Shown here: piece after piece, positions 35,040 through 45,518 of the stretch
How positions within the stretch are numbered: the first letter of the stretch is position 1
Layout of the letters: each line of letters opens with the position of its first letter
Source of the DNA: Marsupella aquatica
Taxonomy: Eukaryota > Plantae > Marchantiophyta
Direction of reading: 5' to 3'
Assembly (NCBI GenBank): GCA_973895155.1
Contig: OZ316891.1
Location: 399,558-463,557 of the forward strand
DNA length: 64,000 nt
The notes under the pieces: generated by a model
Told to the model about the DNA's origin: nothing
What the model saw: only the letters and a program-made list of their open reading frames with translations
Databases searched by the model: none
Position numbers and translations under genes: made by a program

Positions 35040-37939
35040 TTAGCCGTTTCATCCAATTGGTCTACATCCTTTACTTCCTCCGGAATTGCAGCTAAAAAGG
35101 TGGATTCTATTGTAAAGCAGTCCTCGACCTCTTCGTCTTCTTCTTCCAAGTCACCTTCCATTGGTTCTTGCCATAATCCGCTGGGGGGTACCTCTGGTCC
35201 AAAGACGCCTTCTTCGGTTAGGTTAGTGAGGCATTCTAACCAACGTACTTCATCGGCTGACTCCAGTCCACTATCGTACCCATCTACTTCCCTTATGCTT
35301 TTCCTACGGTCATCCTTAGTGTCCCAGGATACCGTGATAGAGGGGGTCCCGAAAGTGAACTGCTTTTTACCCCAATCTTCTATTACCTCGGCTAGGTACA
35401 GCCATGGCCTACCAATCAATAGCCGGAATGACGTAGGATTTACCGGCTTCATTACTACATAGTTAATGCTAAAGAAGATACCTCCTATCTCTGTCTTGAT
35501 GCCGGTTAACACTCCCGTCGGAATGACCTGATATCCATTGGCCATGTTCAACACTCTTCCAGTCATCTCCGGTGTTAGACCCCACCCTTTTGCTGTTGAA
35601 TCAATCATAATACATACCCCTGATCCTCCATCGATGGGTACCCGTAGTAATAATTCTCCTTGAATCATTAATGGTAATGCTGGGGCTCCTTGATCTTCTT
35701 CTATCATTAGTACGTCGGATCTGGTTGCTACCTTGGGTAATCTCGGCTTGCCGAGAATAGCCTTCCTTAATTGCTTCCGGAAGTATGGGCTATTTTTCAA
35801 TAGTTGACCTACTATTGCCGAGACTCTAGATTCTAGTACATCTTTAGCCAGGTCATAGGGAACAATCGGCTTCTCTTCTGGTGGTGTTTCCGTCTTGGAT
35901 TCGGCCAGTTTTGCCACGCTAGTCTCCACAGCTGTTGGGTCTTCCGAAGCAAACAATGCTTTTGCTCGTTTTACATCCTTGGCAATGGCTTCGGTATTCT
36001 CCAGGGTTTCTAATTCTCTTAGTTGTTCCTTAACACTAGCCGTAACAGAGGGGTAGAACAACTTAGGATGATCTCGATTGAAGTCGCTATCTTGTGAAGG
36101 ATTGGTTTCACTGGTGGGCTCATGGCTTACCTGTATTGCCGGAGCCCTCCCTTCTCCTTCTGTTGATGTTGACGAAGAGTCAATCCTTTCCTCCGTAACC
36201 TTCCCTTTATTTTTGGCCAGCCCATCCCACCTTTCCTTCCTTCTGGTAGATCGAGTAGAGACCCGGTAGCAATCATGATCTAAATCCTCCTCTGAGAAGG
36301 TTGATAGGGCTTCGGCCTCATCATCAGATGGTACGAACTCTGCCTCGGCATCCTCTTGCCATCCTAGTTCGATGTGGTTGATTTGAACTCCTCCGGGGGT
36401 AGTACCTGGCGGTAAGATCTTGATCGGCAAAAGCTTATGATTTGCGGCCAGGCCTGCCAACCAAGTAGGACATTGCCCTAGCATATGACCTTCCTGTCGG
36501 CATCCCATACATAGCTGAGCTGGTTGTCCATCACCCTGTTTGCGTGCATTCGGGCATTCTCTAGCAAAATGGCCAGGTTGACCACAATTATAGCACGCCG
36601 CAAATCTTTGCACATTCGGCCTAGGAGGTACTGACGGGTTCTGAATAATCCGAGGATACATCTCTCCTGGATTGTTCCTTAACCCTGACCACAGAGATGC
36701 AGGTCTGTTGGATAGGTCTTGTGCTCCAGTCTCACTGATGCCGAAAACACTATCAGCGGCATCTCCCAAAAAGTACTCTACTTCTCCCTGACATGGTCTG
36801 ATCTCGGCCACATGCCGAACATGATTAGTATTAAGCTTAGGACACGCATCTTTATGGTGTCCGGTTTTATAACATAAGGCACACCATACAGAGCTATCCT
36901 CCTGTACTACCTTCTTCTTTGGTTTTACCTCTGCAATGATAGCCTTAAGTTGCTCGGTAAGGGCTACGATGTTATCTGGTGGCTTAGCCTCCATCTTGAC
37001 TTTCGTCTTCCCTCTCCTTCTGCCCTTCCTTTTCCTAGTTTTTTCTTCTTCAGAACTAGAAGATGACTCACTCTTGCTACTCCCACTATCCGAGCTTGAC
37101 TTATCACTTCTAGACTTCTTGGAATGTTTCTTCTTCTTATCTTTTTTCTTATGGGGTGATCCCTCCTCTGATGAGGAACTCTCAGACTTAAGCTGTTTCT
37201 TCCGGCTTGTGATATCTGCATTAATGTATAATTGAATATCCTTAATTGCTTCGGCTAAAGTCTCCGGGTTCTCCTTCCTAATTGCAAAACTCATCTTCTG
37301 TGGCAAAGCATTCACCAACCATTGAAGTTGCATACCTTCAGATGCATTGGTCTTTGTACGTCTTACCAGTTTCTGAAAGCGTTGCAAGAACTTCCTGAAG
37401 GATTTGTTCTCCTTGAACCGAAGTTGTCCCAACTTCAGCACTGCTAGTTCTGAAGTTCCAATGGGTCGAAACTCCTTAACAAAGAGTGTTTTGAAGATAT
37501 CCCAGATGGCTTGATCTTCCACATCTAATGCTCTGTACCAAGGCCTAGCCTCACCCTTGAACAGGCCGGGAAGAATCTGCATCTTGATGGCCGATTCTCC
37601 ATTTGCTGCAGCGGTTCCCTCGAAATCATCCAACCATTCGTCCGGATCCTCATCTCCTCTCCCATGAAATGCTTTGTAATGTATGCGCGACCGCTGGCTC
37701 AATCTGGTCCCTGGCCTCTCGTCTGGCCGTGCCTCTGGTTCCCCCATGTCGGTTGGAGACTCACTTCTCCTTACCGACTCTTCCTCTGGTATGTCTTCTT
37801 CGACGCCACTTCCAGTTTCGGAGCTACCAGCTCTTTTTGCCCCTCTCAGTCGCTGTGTATCATGCCACCCGGCGAGCTGCTGCAGTCGAGCTCTCTCCCG
37901 TTGAATCACTCTTTCTTCCCTCGGCGTAAGGTCAGTCAT
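34946..37939 (-). CDS. gag: Gag-protease polyprotein (intact)
   Basis: FHGRGDEDPDEWL capsid motif, three CX2CX4HX4C knuckles, protease IDGGSG and LLIGRPWL. Confidence 0.95.
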   Translation of the reverse strand: MTDLTPREERVIQRERARLQQLAGWHDTQRLRGAKRAGSSETGSGVEEDIPEEESVRRSESPTDMGEPEARPDERPGTRLSQRSRIHYKAFHGRGDEDPDEWLDDFEGTAAANGESAIKMQILPGLFKGEARPWYRALDVEDQAIWDIFKTLFVKEFRPIGTSELAVLKLGQLRFKENKSFRKFLQRFQKLVRRTKTNASEGMQLQWLVNALPQKMSFAIRKENPETLAEAIKDIQLYINADITSRKKQLKSESSSSEEGSPHKKKDKKKKHSKKSRSDKSSSDSGSSKSESSSSSEEEKTRKRKGRRRGKTKVKMEAKPPDNIVALTEQLKAIIAEVKPKKKVVQEDSSVWCALCYKTGHHKDACPKLNTNHVRHVAEIRPCQGEVEYFLGDAADSVFGISETGAQDLSNRPASLWSGLRNNPGEMYPRIIQNPSVPPRPNVQRFAACYNCGQPGHFARECPNARKQGDGQPAQLCMGCRQEGHMLGQCPTWLAGLAANHKLLPIKILPPGTTPGGVQINHIELGWQEDAEAEFVPSDDEAEALSTFSEEDLDHDCYRVSTRSTRRKERWDGLAKNKGKVTEERIDSSSTSTEGEGRAPAIQVSHEPTSETNPSQDSDFNRDHPKLFYPSVTASVKEQLRELETLENTEAIAKDVKRAKALFASEDPTAVETSVAKLAESKTETPPEEKPIVPYDLAKDVLESRVSAIVGQLLKNSPYFRKQLRKAILGKPRLPKVATRSDVLMIEEDQGAPALPLMIQGELLLRVPIDGGSGVCIMIDSTAKGWGLTPEMTGRVLNMANGYQVIPTGVLTGIKTEIGGIFFSINYVVMKPVNPTSFRLLIGRPWLYLAEVIEDWGKKQFTFGTPSITVSWDTKDDRRKSIREVDGYDSGLESADEVRWLECLTNLTEEGVFGPEVPPSGLWQEPMEGDLEEEDEEVEDCFTIESTFLAAIPEEVKDVDQLDETAKWGAVAGTVDFLQALWQSRRGPQRHRSSARN
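34956..35015 (-). promoter_or_regulatory. -1 programmed ribosomal frameshift signal (slippery heptamer + stem/pseudoknot)
   Basis: G_GAT_TTT in the gag frame (35015-35009), 5-nt spacer, perfect 10-bp stem GGCGTTGTGG/CCACAACGCC. Loop GCCGA is complementary to downstream TCGGC. Pol is in the -1 frame. Confidence 0.8.
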
Positions 37940-37985
37940 TACCTACGCTTCCGTTCTAACTTCATATCTCACGGCTTAAGAAATG

Positions 37986-38004
37986 CCCCCTCCATCTAGC
38001 GCCA
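37986..38004 (-). other. Primer-binding site
   Basis: TGGCGCTAGATGGAGGGGG, 4 nt after the 5' LTR end. I did not identify the priming RNA. Confidence 0.8.
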
Positions 38005-38008
38005 AAAA

Positions 38009-41000
38009 TGTGGTGCGTCCCATGGCTCCCTAAACCCAAGAAACCCCCCAGCTCAAGCCGATTCCCGCAGGTTTCGTGCTTGGCGAGGCCGTTTCCGCGG
38101 CTTAGCGGCATGGGACGCTGCTAACCTTCTACTACTACTATTAACATTTTACACACATATACTGGACAGATCCTTCATCGGGTCATGAGATACGTAGCCG
38201 GCCTAATATAGGCCTTCCCTTGTCTTCCCCTGTCTTCCCCTCCGTCTTGTTAGGTATGTTTGGATTCCGCCGCCGGAATGATCCCCAATAGGCTTGGTTA
38301 AGCCGCTAAGACCTCTCTCAGCTCGACACATCCAACTATCACTCCCCTGCTTACTTTCCTTCCTTCTGTTGATGTGGGCACTCTTCACACAAGTTAATGC
38401 GACACACAAATAGCAAAATGACTCATTCTGACTGAGTCATACCATGCACTTGCCATACAAACAGTACATCTCATACACAAGTTCTGCGAACTAAGCCGTG
38501 AGGCCAACTCTATTCAGCTCTTAGGCATGAGGAAACATGAATATACACAAGGGTCACTGTATGACTAACCGAGAGCTTCTCGTACTACTTGATCCCAGCC
38601 CGGCTGGTGCAAACTAAAAACTTGCTAAAGAAGAGGCCCTGAGCTCCCCGCTGCCCAGGTACTTATCCTGGTAGTGGATCCGCCATTCTTTGCATCGTAA
38701 GCCTAATCTACCTGACAGTAATCTACTTGCCCGAATCTACCTATGTACAGCAAGGCAGGAGCACAAGTGTTGCTCCTACCAGTGGAACCGCAATCCCACT
38801 AAGCTAAGTGTCAGGGCCGCTCCTGGTTCTGATCCTAATCCTAAACGTGGAGATCCGCGCCCGCCCTGCCCACTCACGCTCCTCCCTCCACGTCCGCCCT
38901 CCCTAAAAGGAACGGCGCCCTTGCACCGTCACGACACCGGTGGTGGATCCTCAATGGACGCCCCCAACACTTCCTCCTCAGCCACTGCCGTTGGCCCGCC
39001 TACTGACAGATTACCTGCCCTTGACCGAGTCAACTCTCCATCGGCCTGACTGGGTCCACCTTCGGCTTCAGCCTCGACACCGGCCTCGGCAATACCCACG
39101 GCTTCGGCCTCAGCCACTCCCACGGCTTCGGCTTCAGCCACTCCCTCGGCTTCGGCCTCCCCTTCCCCTAGGGTAGTTGGATCCTTAGCCGTGACCCTGT
39201 CTAGGGTCGGTGCTGGGTCTACCTCCTTGATCACCACGGCCTGTGAAGTCGTATTACTCCTTGACCCTGAAGGTTTCCGCTTCTTCTTCGTTGGTGGCTC
39301 GGCAGCTGGTCCCTTCCCCTTCCCACTTACTTCCGGCACTGGTGCAGTTGACGCGGCTTGTCCTTCGGCAATTACCACCCCTGGTAACTGGTTTGTCCCA
39401 ACGGGAGATGGACCTGCTGCAGCTAAGCATTTAAATACTGCGGCTTGTTTCTTCAGCCGCTCTGTTTGGTTGTCGGCCCGCCGCTGTAGGTTCTCCATCT
39501 TCCTCATGATTTCCTCCAACTCCTCTTGGGTTTCATCCAGGTCCTTACGTGCCCCCTCCAGCTCGTTTTTGGCCTCCTCCTGCTCCCTGTGGGCTTCCTC
39601 CAATTCCTTCTTCAAGGTAGCCCTCTCCTCCTGGGTTGCTCTTAGCTCCTTGTCGAGCTCTGCAATGATGACAGACTCCATCTGGTTCATCTTGGCGTAA
39701 GTCTGTTCGAGCATCTCGTCCTTCTCCCTTAGGTCGGCCTTGAAGCTGGCCGTCAGGGACGCAAGCTCCTGCTGCAGCGCCATAATCCCTTGATAGGATT
39801 TCCCTAACTCGACCTCCTTCTGCTCAAGGGCTCCGCGGATTTTCTCGAGCTCCCCTTTCAACGCCCATTCCTTTCTTTGGGTCTCCGCCATGGCCCGGCT
39901 GTTGGCTGTTATGTGGGCCTCCTCTGTATTCTTCAGCTCTTGCTTCCACTTCTCCCTCTCTTTGATCGTGTCGGCCAACTCTTCCTGCGTCTGAGTCAGT
40001 TTATCCTTGATATTCTGATTATCAGCCTGCGCGGCGTCCAACTGCCCCTGCATGATGTTCAGCTCATGTCGTTTAATCCGCAGTTCATCTTGGGCTTTCT
40101 TGGCCGCCCTTAGATCTTCAATCTCGGCTTCCATCCTCCTAAGCCGCCGAATGACCTCGTCCTTCTTGCTTCTCTCTAAAGCCACCGCTTCTTCTAATTG
40201 GTGCTTCTCCAACTGCTCCCTATGAAAAAAGGGTCCTACCTCCAACTCCTCTCCAAAGATGCCAAGCGCAAGTTCCCCACATATCTCACCATACTCCATG
40301 GCTCTATTCTTAGCGTAGGTGGAGTAAGTAGAAGTGATCGGCATCGCCCATCGTGGCCTCTGCTCCCACGCCGTCTTGCGGATCTCTTCAATCGTGGCTA
40401 GAGGTTTGCTTCCTTTTTCGGCTAGCCGCCTGATGTCCTCCGGCCAATCTCCTCCTGGTAAATCCTTTTCCTTAGCCAGGGCGGCCTCTTCCTCCTGCTT
40501 GATTCGCTCCTGAAATTCCTGCACCGTCTGTTTTATGCCGTCGAAGCTCGGGGGAGCAACATCTGGTGGGGGAGACTCAGGGCTACTCTGCTGGTTGGGG
40601 TCCCCTCGCACTACCCTTGGAAGTGTGGGGACAAACCGGCCACAGGTCCTTACTCCTGGAACGTGATGGTCCGACCCATAGCCGGAATTATCATGGCTGC
40701 AGTCCTCCACTGCCTCCTCTACCTCTTGGACGTCCGGCTTCTCCCTCTCCTCTTCCTCGGTAGGAGCTTCAGGCAATTCTGCCTCAGATTCGGAGCTTGA
40801 GGTTCCCACGTACATTCGAACACCTGGCTTGGATTCCGGCCTGATTCTCTTCTTGTCTCCAGCAAAGGGGTTTTCTCTTGTGAGCCGGTGTAGGCCTACC
40901 TCTGTAGTAGTGTCCTGCATTGTTGCCGTTGCCGTTGTTGTTGCCGATGCCGATTTCTTTTCTTTCTCCAGTAGTTTCAGCAGACTCTGCATGCCTGGTT

Positions 41001-42667
41001 GCTGCATCGGCAAGTCTTCCTTCCTGGGCCTAAACACCTGCTCGATCGTAGGACTAACAGGTGGTTGAGGCTTCTCAGCCAACGGCCTCGGCGTTGGAGC
41101 TTCCTCGGGTGCCCTTACCTGCAGGGGAAGTACCGGGGCAAAAGTCTGACCTCTGGCATACCGGCACAACAGCGGCATGTGATAGCCAAGCCGCGACACG
41201 CTTCCCATGCCGATTACCTGCTGCTCCTCCTTTAAGATCTTCTTCAATTGGTTGAGGAGGTACCCGTTGTAGTCCCGGCTTGGGTCTGGCCTTTCTGCCA
41301 GATAGACCTGTGCTTTGCCGATCTCTGCCCTCGGCAAGTTACAATGCATGGTCACCCGCAAGAAGTCGATCATCTCTCCTATGTGCGGGTTGGTGCAGGT
41401 GTTCCGGAAGAAGCCATTCTTCGTTGATGGCCCGGGGAACGACCGGAACTCCTTGTCAGGCAAGGTCTTCCTGGTATCAACTTTGGTCTTATTGCCTATC
41501 GGCAAGCCAAACACTTCGGCAATTACCTTGGGAGTAAGATAGAAATCCTTCCCATATATCCTCGTGCAATTGGTCTCGGGTTCCCATGACCCCACGAATT
41601 CTAATAGGTCTGACTCCGGTACCTCCGGCTTCAGCCATGGTAATCTTACAAAGGCCTCCAAGCCGGATCCGGCCATGAAGCCTTGGTACTTCTTGGTCTG
41701 CATGGCCGTAAAGCATGCATCCTCCTCCCGTGCAAAATGTAGTTGCACCTCCACCGGTAGGGTTTCCGCCCAGCCCTTCCAGGTGTCATCCCTGGTTGGA
41801 ATGGCCTTGATGGGATTGACCTCCTCCTCTTCGGCTTCTCCGTGCCCCTTGCTCTGCTGCTCGGCTGGCTTCTTTGGTGCCGCCAACCTCGTTCTTTTTG
41901 CCGGGGTGGCTTCATTGTTGACGGCCCCCTTCCTCTTCATCTCTGCTGCCGTGGAGGTTTCTCCTAGCACCGTTGCCCGGGTCCACCTTTCCGTGCTACC
42001 CTTTAATTCCCAGTGTATGTCGTTGCAGTTCTTGATGGCCTCTCGGATGCCGACGACGCTGTCTTTGCAAAATAGAAGATCGTCGAGTTGATTGGAAGTA
42101 GGCGTCCACAGGAACTCGTCCTTGATGAGTTCGCCTCCTAAGAAAGCCGTCTTCTGCAGCTCCCACAATCGAGCGAGCTCCTGCCGTTCTCGAGCTGCCC
42201 TTTCTGACTCCTCGTCCTCGTAAGTCTTGATGTACTCAGTTGCCCGTTCGAACAGGCATCCCCAGAAATGTGCCGCTTGATTGACGTTGCTCATACCCTC
42301 CTTAGGTCGATCGTCGGTATCTACTCTCTCCCCGAGTGCTTGCCTAAGCAGCTGACAGTAGTTGGCCTCCCGTAGTCGTCTGCCTAGTTCGTGCTCGCAA
42401 ATGAGCCACCATCTCCTGCAAGCGCTCCTTACCCCTCTCCTCTACCGGTCCTTCTTCCCGTTGATCCTTCCTAGCCGCCGACGCTTAACGCGCCCTAACC
42501 CTAATCGGGTTTTCACCCTCAGCCTTACCTCCGGCCTCGGCCCGGGTTCCATGGTTGCCCCTAATTGTTTATATTTTCCTGGTTTTGTCCCTATACTAAG
42601 GTGTTCCTAGGGTGCCTTCCTGCTTTACCCACTTAACCGGTCGAGTGATTCCTGTCTAGGCATCACA
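38009..42667 (-). repeat. 5' LTR (4659 bp)
   Basis: Direct repeat of 27132-31784; about a dozen substitutions and two indels seen by eye. Confidence 0.97.
38929..42294 (-). CDS. LTR-encoded accessory protein, 1121 aa (plant-transposon accessory-like N-terminal domain, long coiled coil, acidic tail)
   Basis: Uninterrupted ORF wholly inside the LTR. It has LLEFVGSW..RIYGKDFYLTPKVIAEVFGLP, about 270 aa of E/K/L heptads and a KKKRK NLS-like motif. Confidence 0.9.
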   Translation of the reverse strand: MSNVNQAAHFWGCLFERATEYIKTYEDEESERAARERQELARLWELQKTAFLGGELIKDEFLWTPTSNQLDDLLFCKDSVVGIREAIKNCNDIHWELKGSTERWTRATVLGETSTAAEMKRKGAVNNEATPAKRTRLAAPKKPAEQQSKGHGEAEEEEVNPIKAIPTRDDTWKGWAETLPVEVQLHFAREEDACFTAMQTKKYQGFMAGSGLEAFVRLPWLKPEVPESDLLEFVGSWEPETNCTRIYGKDFYLTPKVIAEVFGLPIGNKTKVDTRKTLPDKEFRSFPGPSTKNGFFRNTCTNPHIGEMIDFLRVTMHCNLPRAEIGKAQVYLAERPDPSRDYNGYLLNQLKKILKEEQQVIGMGSVSRLGYHMPLLCRYARGQTFAPVLPLQVRAPEEAPTPRPLAEKPQPPVSPTIEQVFRPRKEDLPMQQPGMQSLLKLLEKEKKSASATTTATATMQDTTTEVGLHRLTRENPFAGDKKRIRPESKPGVRMYVGTSSSESEAELPEAPTEEEEREKPDVQEVEEAVEDCSHDNSGYGSDHHVPGVRTCGRFVPTLPRVVRGDPNQQSSPESPPPDVAPPSFDGIKQTVQEFQERIKQEEEAALAKEKDLPGGDWPEDIRRLAEKGSKPLATIEEIRKTAWEQRPRWAMPITSTYSTYAKNRAMEYGEICGELALGIFGEELEVGPFFHREQLEKHQLEEAVALERSKKDEVIRRLRRMEAEIEDLRAAKKAQDELRIKRHELNIMQGQLDAAQADNQNIKDKLTQTQEELADTIKEREKWKQELKNTEEAHITANSRAMAETQRKEWALKGELEKIRGALEQKEVELGKSYQGIMALQQELASLTASFKADLREKDEMLEQTYAKMNQMESVIIAELDKELRATQEERATLKKELEEAHREQEEAKNELEGARKDLDETQEELEEIMRKMENLQRRADNQTERLKKQAAVFKCLAAAGPSPVGTNQLPGVVIAEGQAASTAPVPEVSGKGKGPAAEPPTKKKRKPSGSRSNTTSQAVVIKEVDPAPTLDRVTAKDPTTLGEGEAEAEGVAEAEAVGVAEAEAVGIAEAGVEAEAEGGPSQADGELTRSRAGNLSVGGPTAVAEEEVLGASIEDPPPVS

Positions 42668-42709
42668 GAAACCAAATAGGGAGTCCGACATCAGAAGAGG
42701 CCAAGTACT

Positions 42710-44128
42710 TTACTCCAGGTCAAATTCATCTTTCTCGCTTGAAGGCCCAGCCTGTTCATCCCCTGGAATTGTGAACTCATCATCCGACCCAGCGTCTTGA
42801 TTAACCTTTTCTGGCTGATCCCTAATCTGTTTTGCCTTGCTCGAATGCCTCGCCAGAACACTGTTTAAAGTTTTTTCTGCACAGCAATGGAGAATGTCCC
42901 TATCTTCAACACCAACAACAAATCTCCCAGAGAATTCTCCGGCAGAAAAGGAGCTACCGTCACACACAGTCCAGTCAAGGACTATATCTTTGGGCTTCGT
43001 GAGGAATTCCATCACGGCTTGCATGAACCCAATTGAAAGCCTTTTCGATCCAGCAAGAGCCGCTTCTGGACAGGGGTCAGTCTTAGGGTAACAAACACTC
43101 AACATTGACTTATGTCTTGCATCTTCCGAAGACGTCAATGGAACATACGCTGGGTCTTTAGGAATCTTTGCACTAAATTCCACCCGACAAAAAACATCCA
43201 GGATGAGAGTGCACACCTGCATAAAAACTAAAATACATCAGAAACAATGCTAACTTTGTTAGCGAGCTCGCTAGCATTAACCTAGTCGGAAAATAGAAAA
43301 TTAACAGTCACCTAAACCGGATATGTTTGGTACCTAAAAATTATAATTTTGTTAGCGACATCGCTAGCATTAAAACTCTCAAGAAATTAAAGGGATAACT
43401 ACCTCAATATCCATATCTGCCCTCCATAAAGGGGTGGACAACAAAACGGTATATTGCTGCACATGTTTGAATTTGTTTTTTTGCTTGACTGCCGTAAATA
43501 TTTGCCTCATGTGATTGAAGTCTGAGCTGTGCAAGACAGCAACATATCCGCCGTCTGAAAGCATTGGTCTCATCACTCCAAAAAAATAATATGGGAGTTT
43601 CTCGCTCCAAACATTCCAAGATGGAACCTGTTTGTCTGTAACGCTTGTTCTATGCCCAATTGGAAGAGAAATGAATCCCAAATGTGCTCCAATCCCAGCA
43701 TACGGTTTTCCATTAATTATGACATGGTTCGGGCACTCTACGCTCTTCGACATCCCAGTAATCCATCGATCTCCATCTCCCATCCAAGATGGTCTCACTT
43801 TACTTACACTAATTGAGTTTGCAGTATCGGTCAAATTGCTACGAGCCAGGAAATGTCGCTGCCCATCCATCTTCAAACCACACATCCGAGCAACACCTTG
43901 AGCAACTGAAACTTCCTCATCGTCGGAATCTGAAAGAATCTGGATGTTTCGCTTCCGTTTCAAACGTTTTATACTTCCTAAATCCACTGCGCTCTTTGTT
44001 GTGACTTCGGCATCTGGGGACTGAGGTTCCTCACCATCATCTGCTCCACTCTTCAAACTCTCAGAAGCCGCTCCCTTCCTCCTCTCTGTGAAGAAAAAGA
44101 CATTAGTGTCTGTATATTCGACACCCAT
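42710..44128 (-). CDS. Spliced N4/N6 DNA-methyltransferase-like gene (gene C, 3' exons)
   Basis: A phase-0 GT-AG intron (43402-43217) joins the two ORFs in frame. Motifs: GFISLPIG..WN..MLSDGG, then LTKPKDIVLDWTVCDGSSFSAGEFSGRFVVGVE (SAM-binding region of beta-class amino-MTases). Confidence 0.65.
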
Positions 44129-45311
44129 CTGGACTTAAAAATAAAAAGTAACATACAATTAACAGACTTACTTGGCTTTACGGATCTCCCTAGATATGGT
44201 GTAGCCTAAAGTTTGCGTGGTCTTAAGGCAGACCCTAATGTCTACATACAGTTTCATGAAATAATGGAACCTTATATTTGAATGCATTAACCTTATACTC
44301 ACCTTAGTATTAAGATCTGGTAGAAGATGAATATCACATCCAAGGGGTATACATTGTTGTTTGAATAATGGTAAAAACTTCCCAAAAGCTTGAAATACAA
44401 GCTATATGCCACTAAATCTTGGGAGTAAAAAACAAACTGAACCCTAAACCACACATGTCTATAAAAGATAAACTGAGAGGACTCCAAAAGTCAAGAAGCT
44501 GGCTAAGCTGACCCAATGAAGGTAAGTGGCTCAATACATAACACTTTAAGAGAAACTCCACTCCGGATTACATGGAGCTTAGATTTGGGAAACTAGAACA
44601 TGAATGAGCTCCGAAGTGGGCGTCTCCCAAATTATACCCTTTGCTCAAGTCGGCTCAACCGGAAATCGCGTGAAGATAAGGGTTGAGTACGCGTTCACCT
44701 TAGCTTGCGGACACACCTTATCTTCATGAGCCTAATTGCGCGGGGACTACCATGGAAGGCTGTTAGGTAGGCAGGACATCAAGGAAGGAGGCCGTATGCA
44801 AGGTGAGGGCAACGGGCCGTACGCCATAGCAGGCCGTACGCAGTAGAAGGAGGCAACCGGCCGTACACAGGCCGGGGTGAGGCAGGAGGGGGTAAAGGGA
44901 CGGAGAGGTCCAGCCAGGACCTCATTCTCATTCTCTCACTCCTCGCTCTCTCGCTCTCTCGCTCTCCTCTTGCTCTCCTCCTCACTCTCTTGCTCTCCTT
45001 GCTCTCCGCTCTCTCTCCGCTCTTTGTTCTCTCTCTGCCTCCCCGCCTCCGCCTGCCTCTGCCTTCCACCTTCCACCTCCATTCTTTTTTATTGCCCTAG
45101 ATCGGACACCTGCTAAGACGCCACGTGTCACGCTGCCACGTGTTAGAAAGATGGAAGCGAATTGCATCCTTGTGATGTCCTACGTGGAAGAAACGGAGGA
45201 GTTTGACCTCTCCTCTATGAGCGACAGTGTGGAACTTGCACTCGAAGACTCTAGACAATTTCAATCACGAATCCCTAGTAAGTATCTATCACCTATCCTC
45301 CCTAAGTCTTA

Positions 45312-45518
45312 GAGGACTGGGACCATCCCAATCCAAACTTGGACTCGAACCAGCCAAATCCAAACTTGGACTCGGATGATCCCAATCCAAAGTTGGACTC
45401 GGACCATCCCAATCCAAAGTTGGACTCGGATGATCCTAATCCATCTGGGAGATTGAATCCCGATTGTAGGAGCAAGTCTAAAACCATCTCAAGTTGGACT
45501 AGGACCATCCTAATCCAA
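45312..45518. repeat. 27-bp tandem array of an imperfect palindrome (5 copies + 1 detached)
   Basis: TTGGACTCGGA-NNA-TCCCAATCCAA variants at 45312, 45339, 45366, 45393, 45420 and 45494. Confidence 0.9.

Larger units (their letters stand above)
27132..42667 (-). mobile_element. Complete Ty3/gypsy non-chromovirus (Athila/Phygy-like) LTR retrotransposon with giant gene-bearing LTRs
   Basis: TSD GAAAC (27127-27131 and 42668-42672); TG..CA ends; near-identical LTRs; PBS, PPT, gag-PR and RT-RH-IN order; no chromodomain or extra RNase H seen. Confidence 0.97.

Noticed and set aside
38009-42667. Alternative reading: tandem elements or a segmental duplication rather than giant LTRs
   Set aside because: TSD, TG..CA, PBS and PPT all coincide with the 4.65-kb repeat ends, and the same ends recur in independent copies (12343, 25542, 53038, 57719, 63944).
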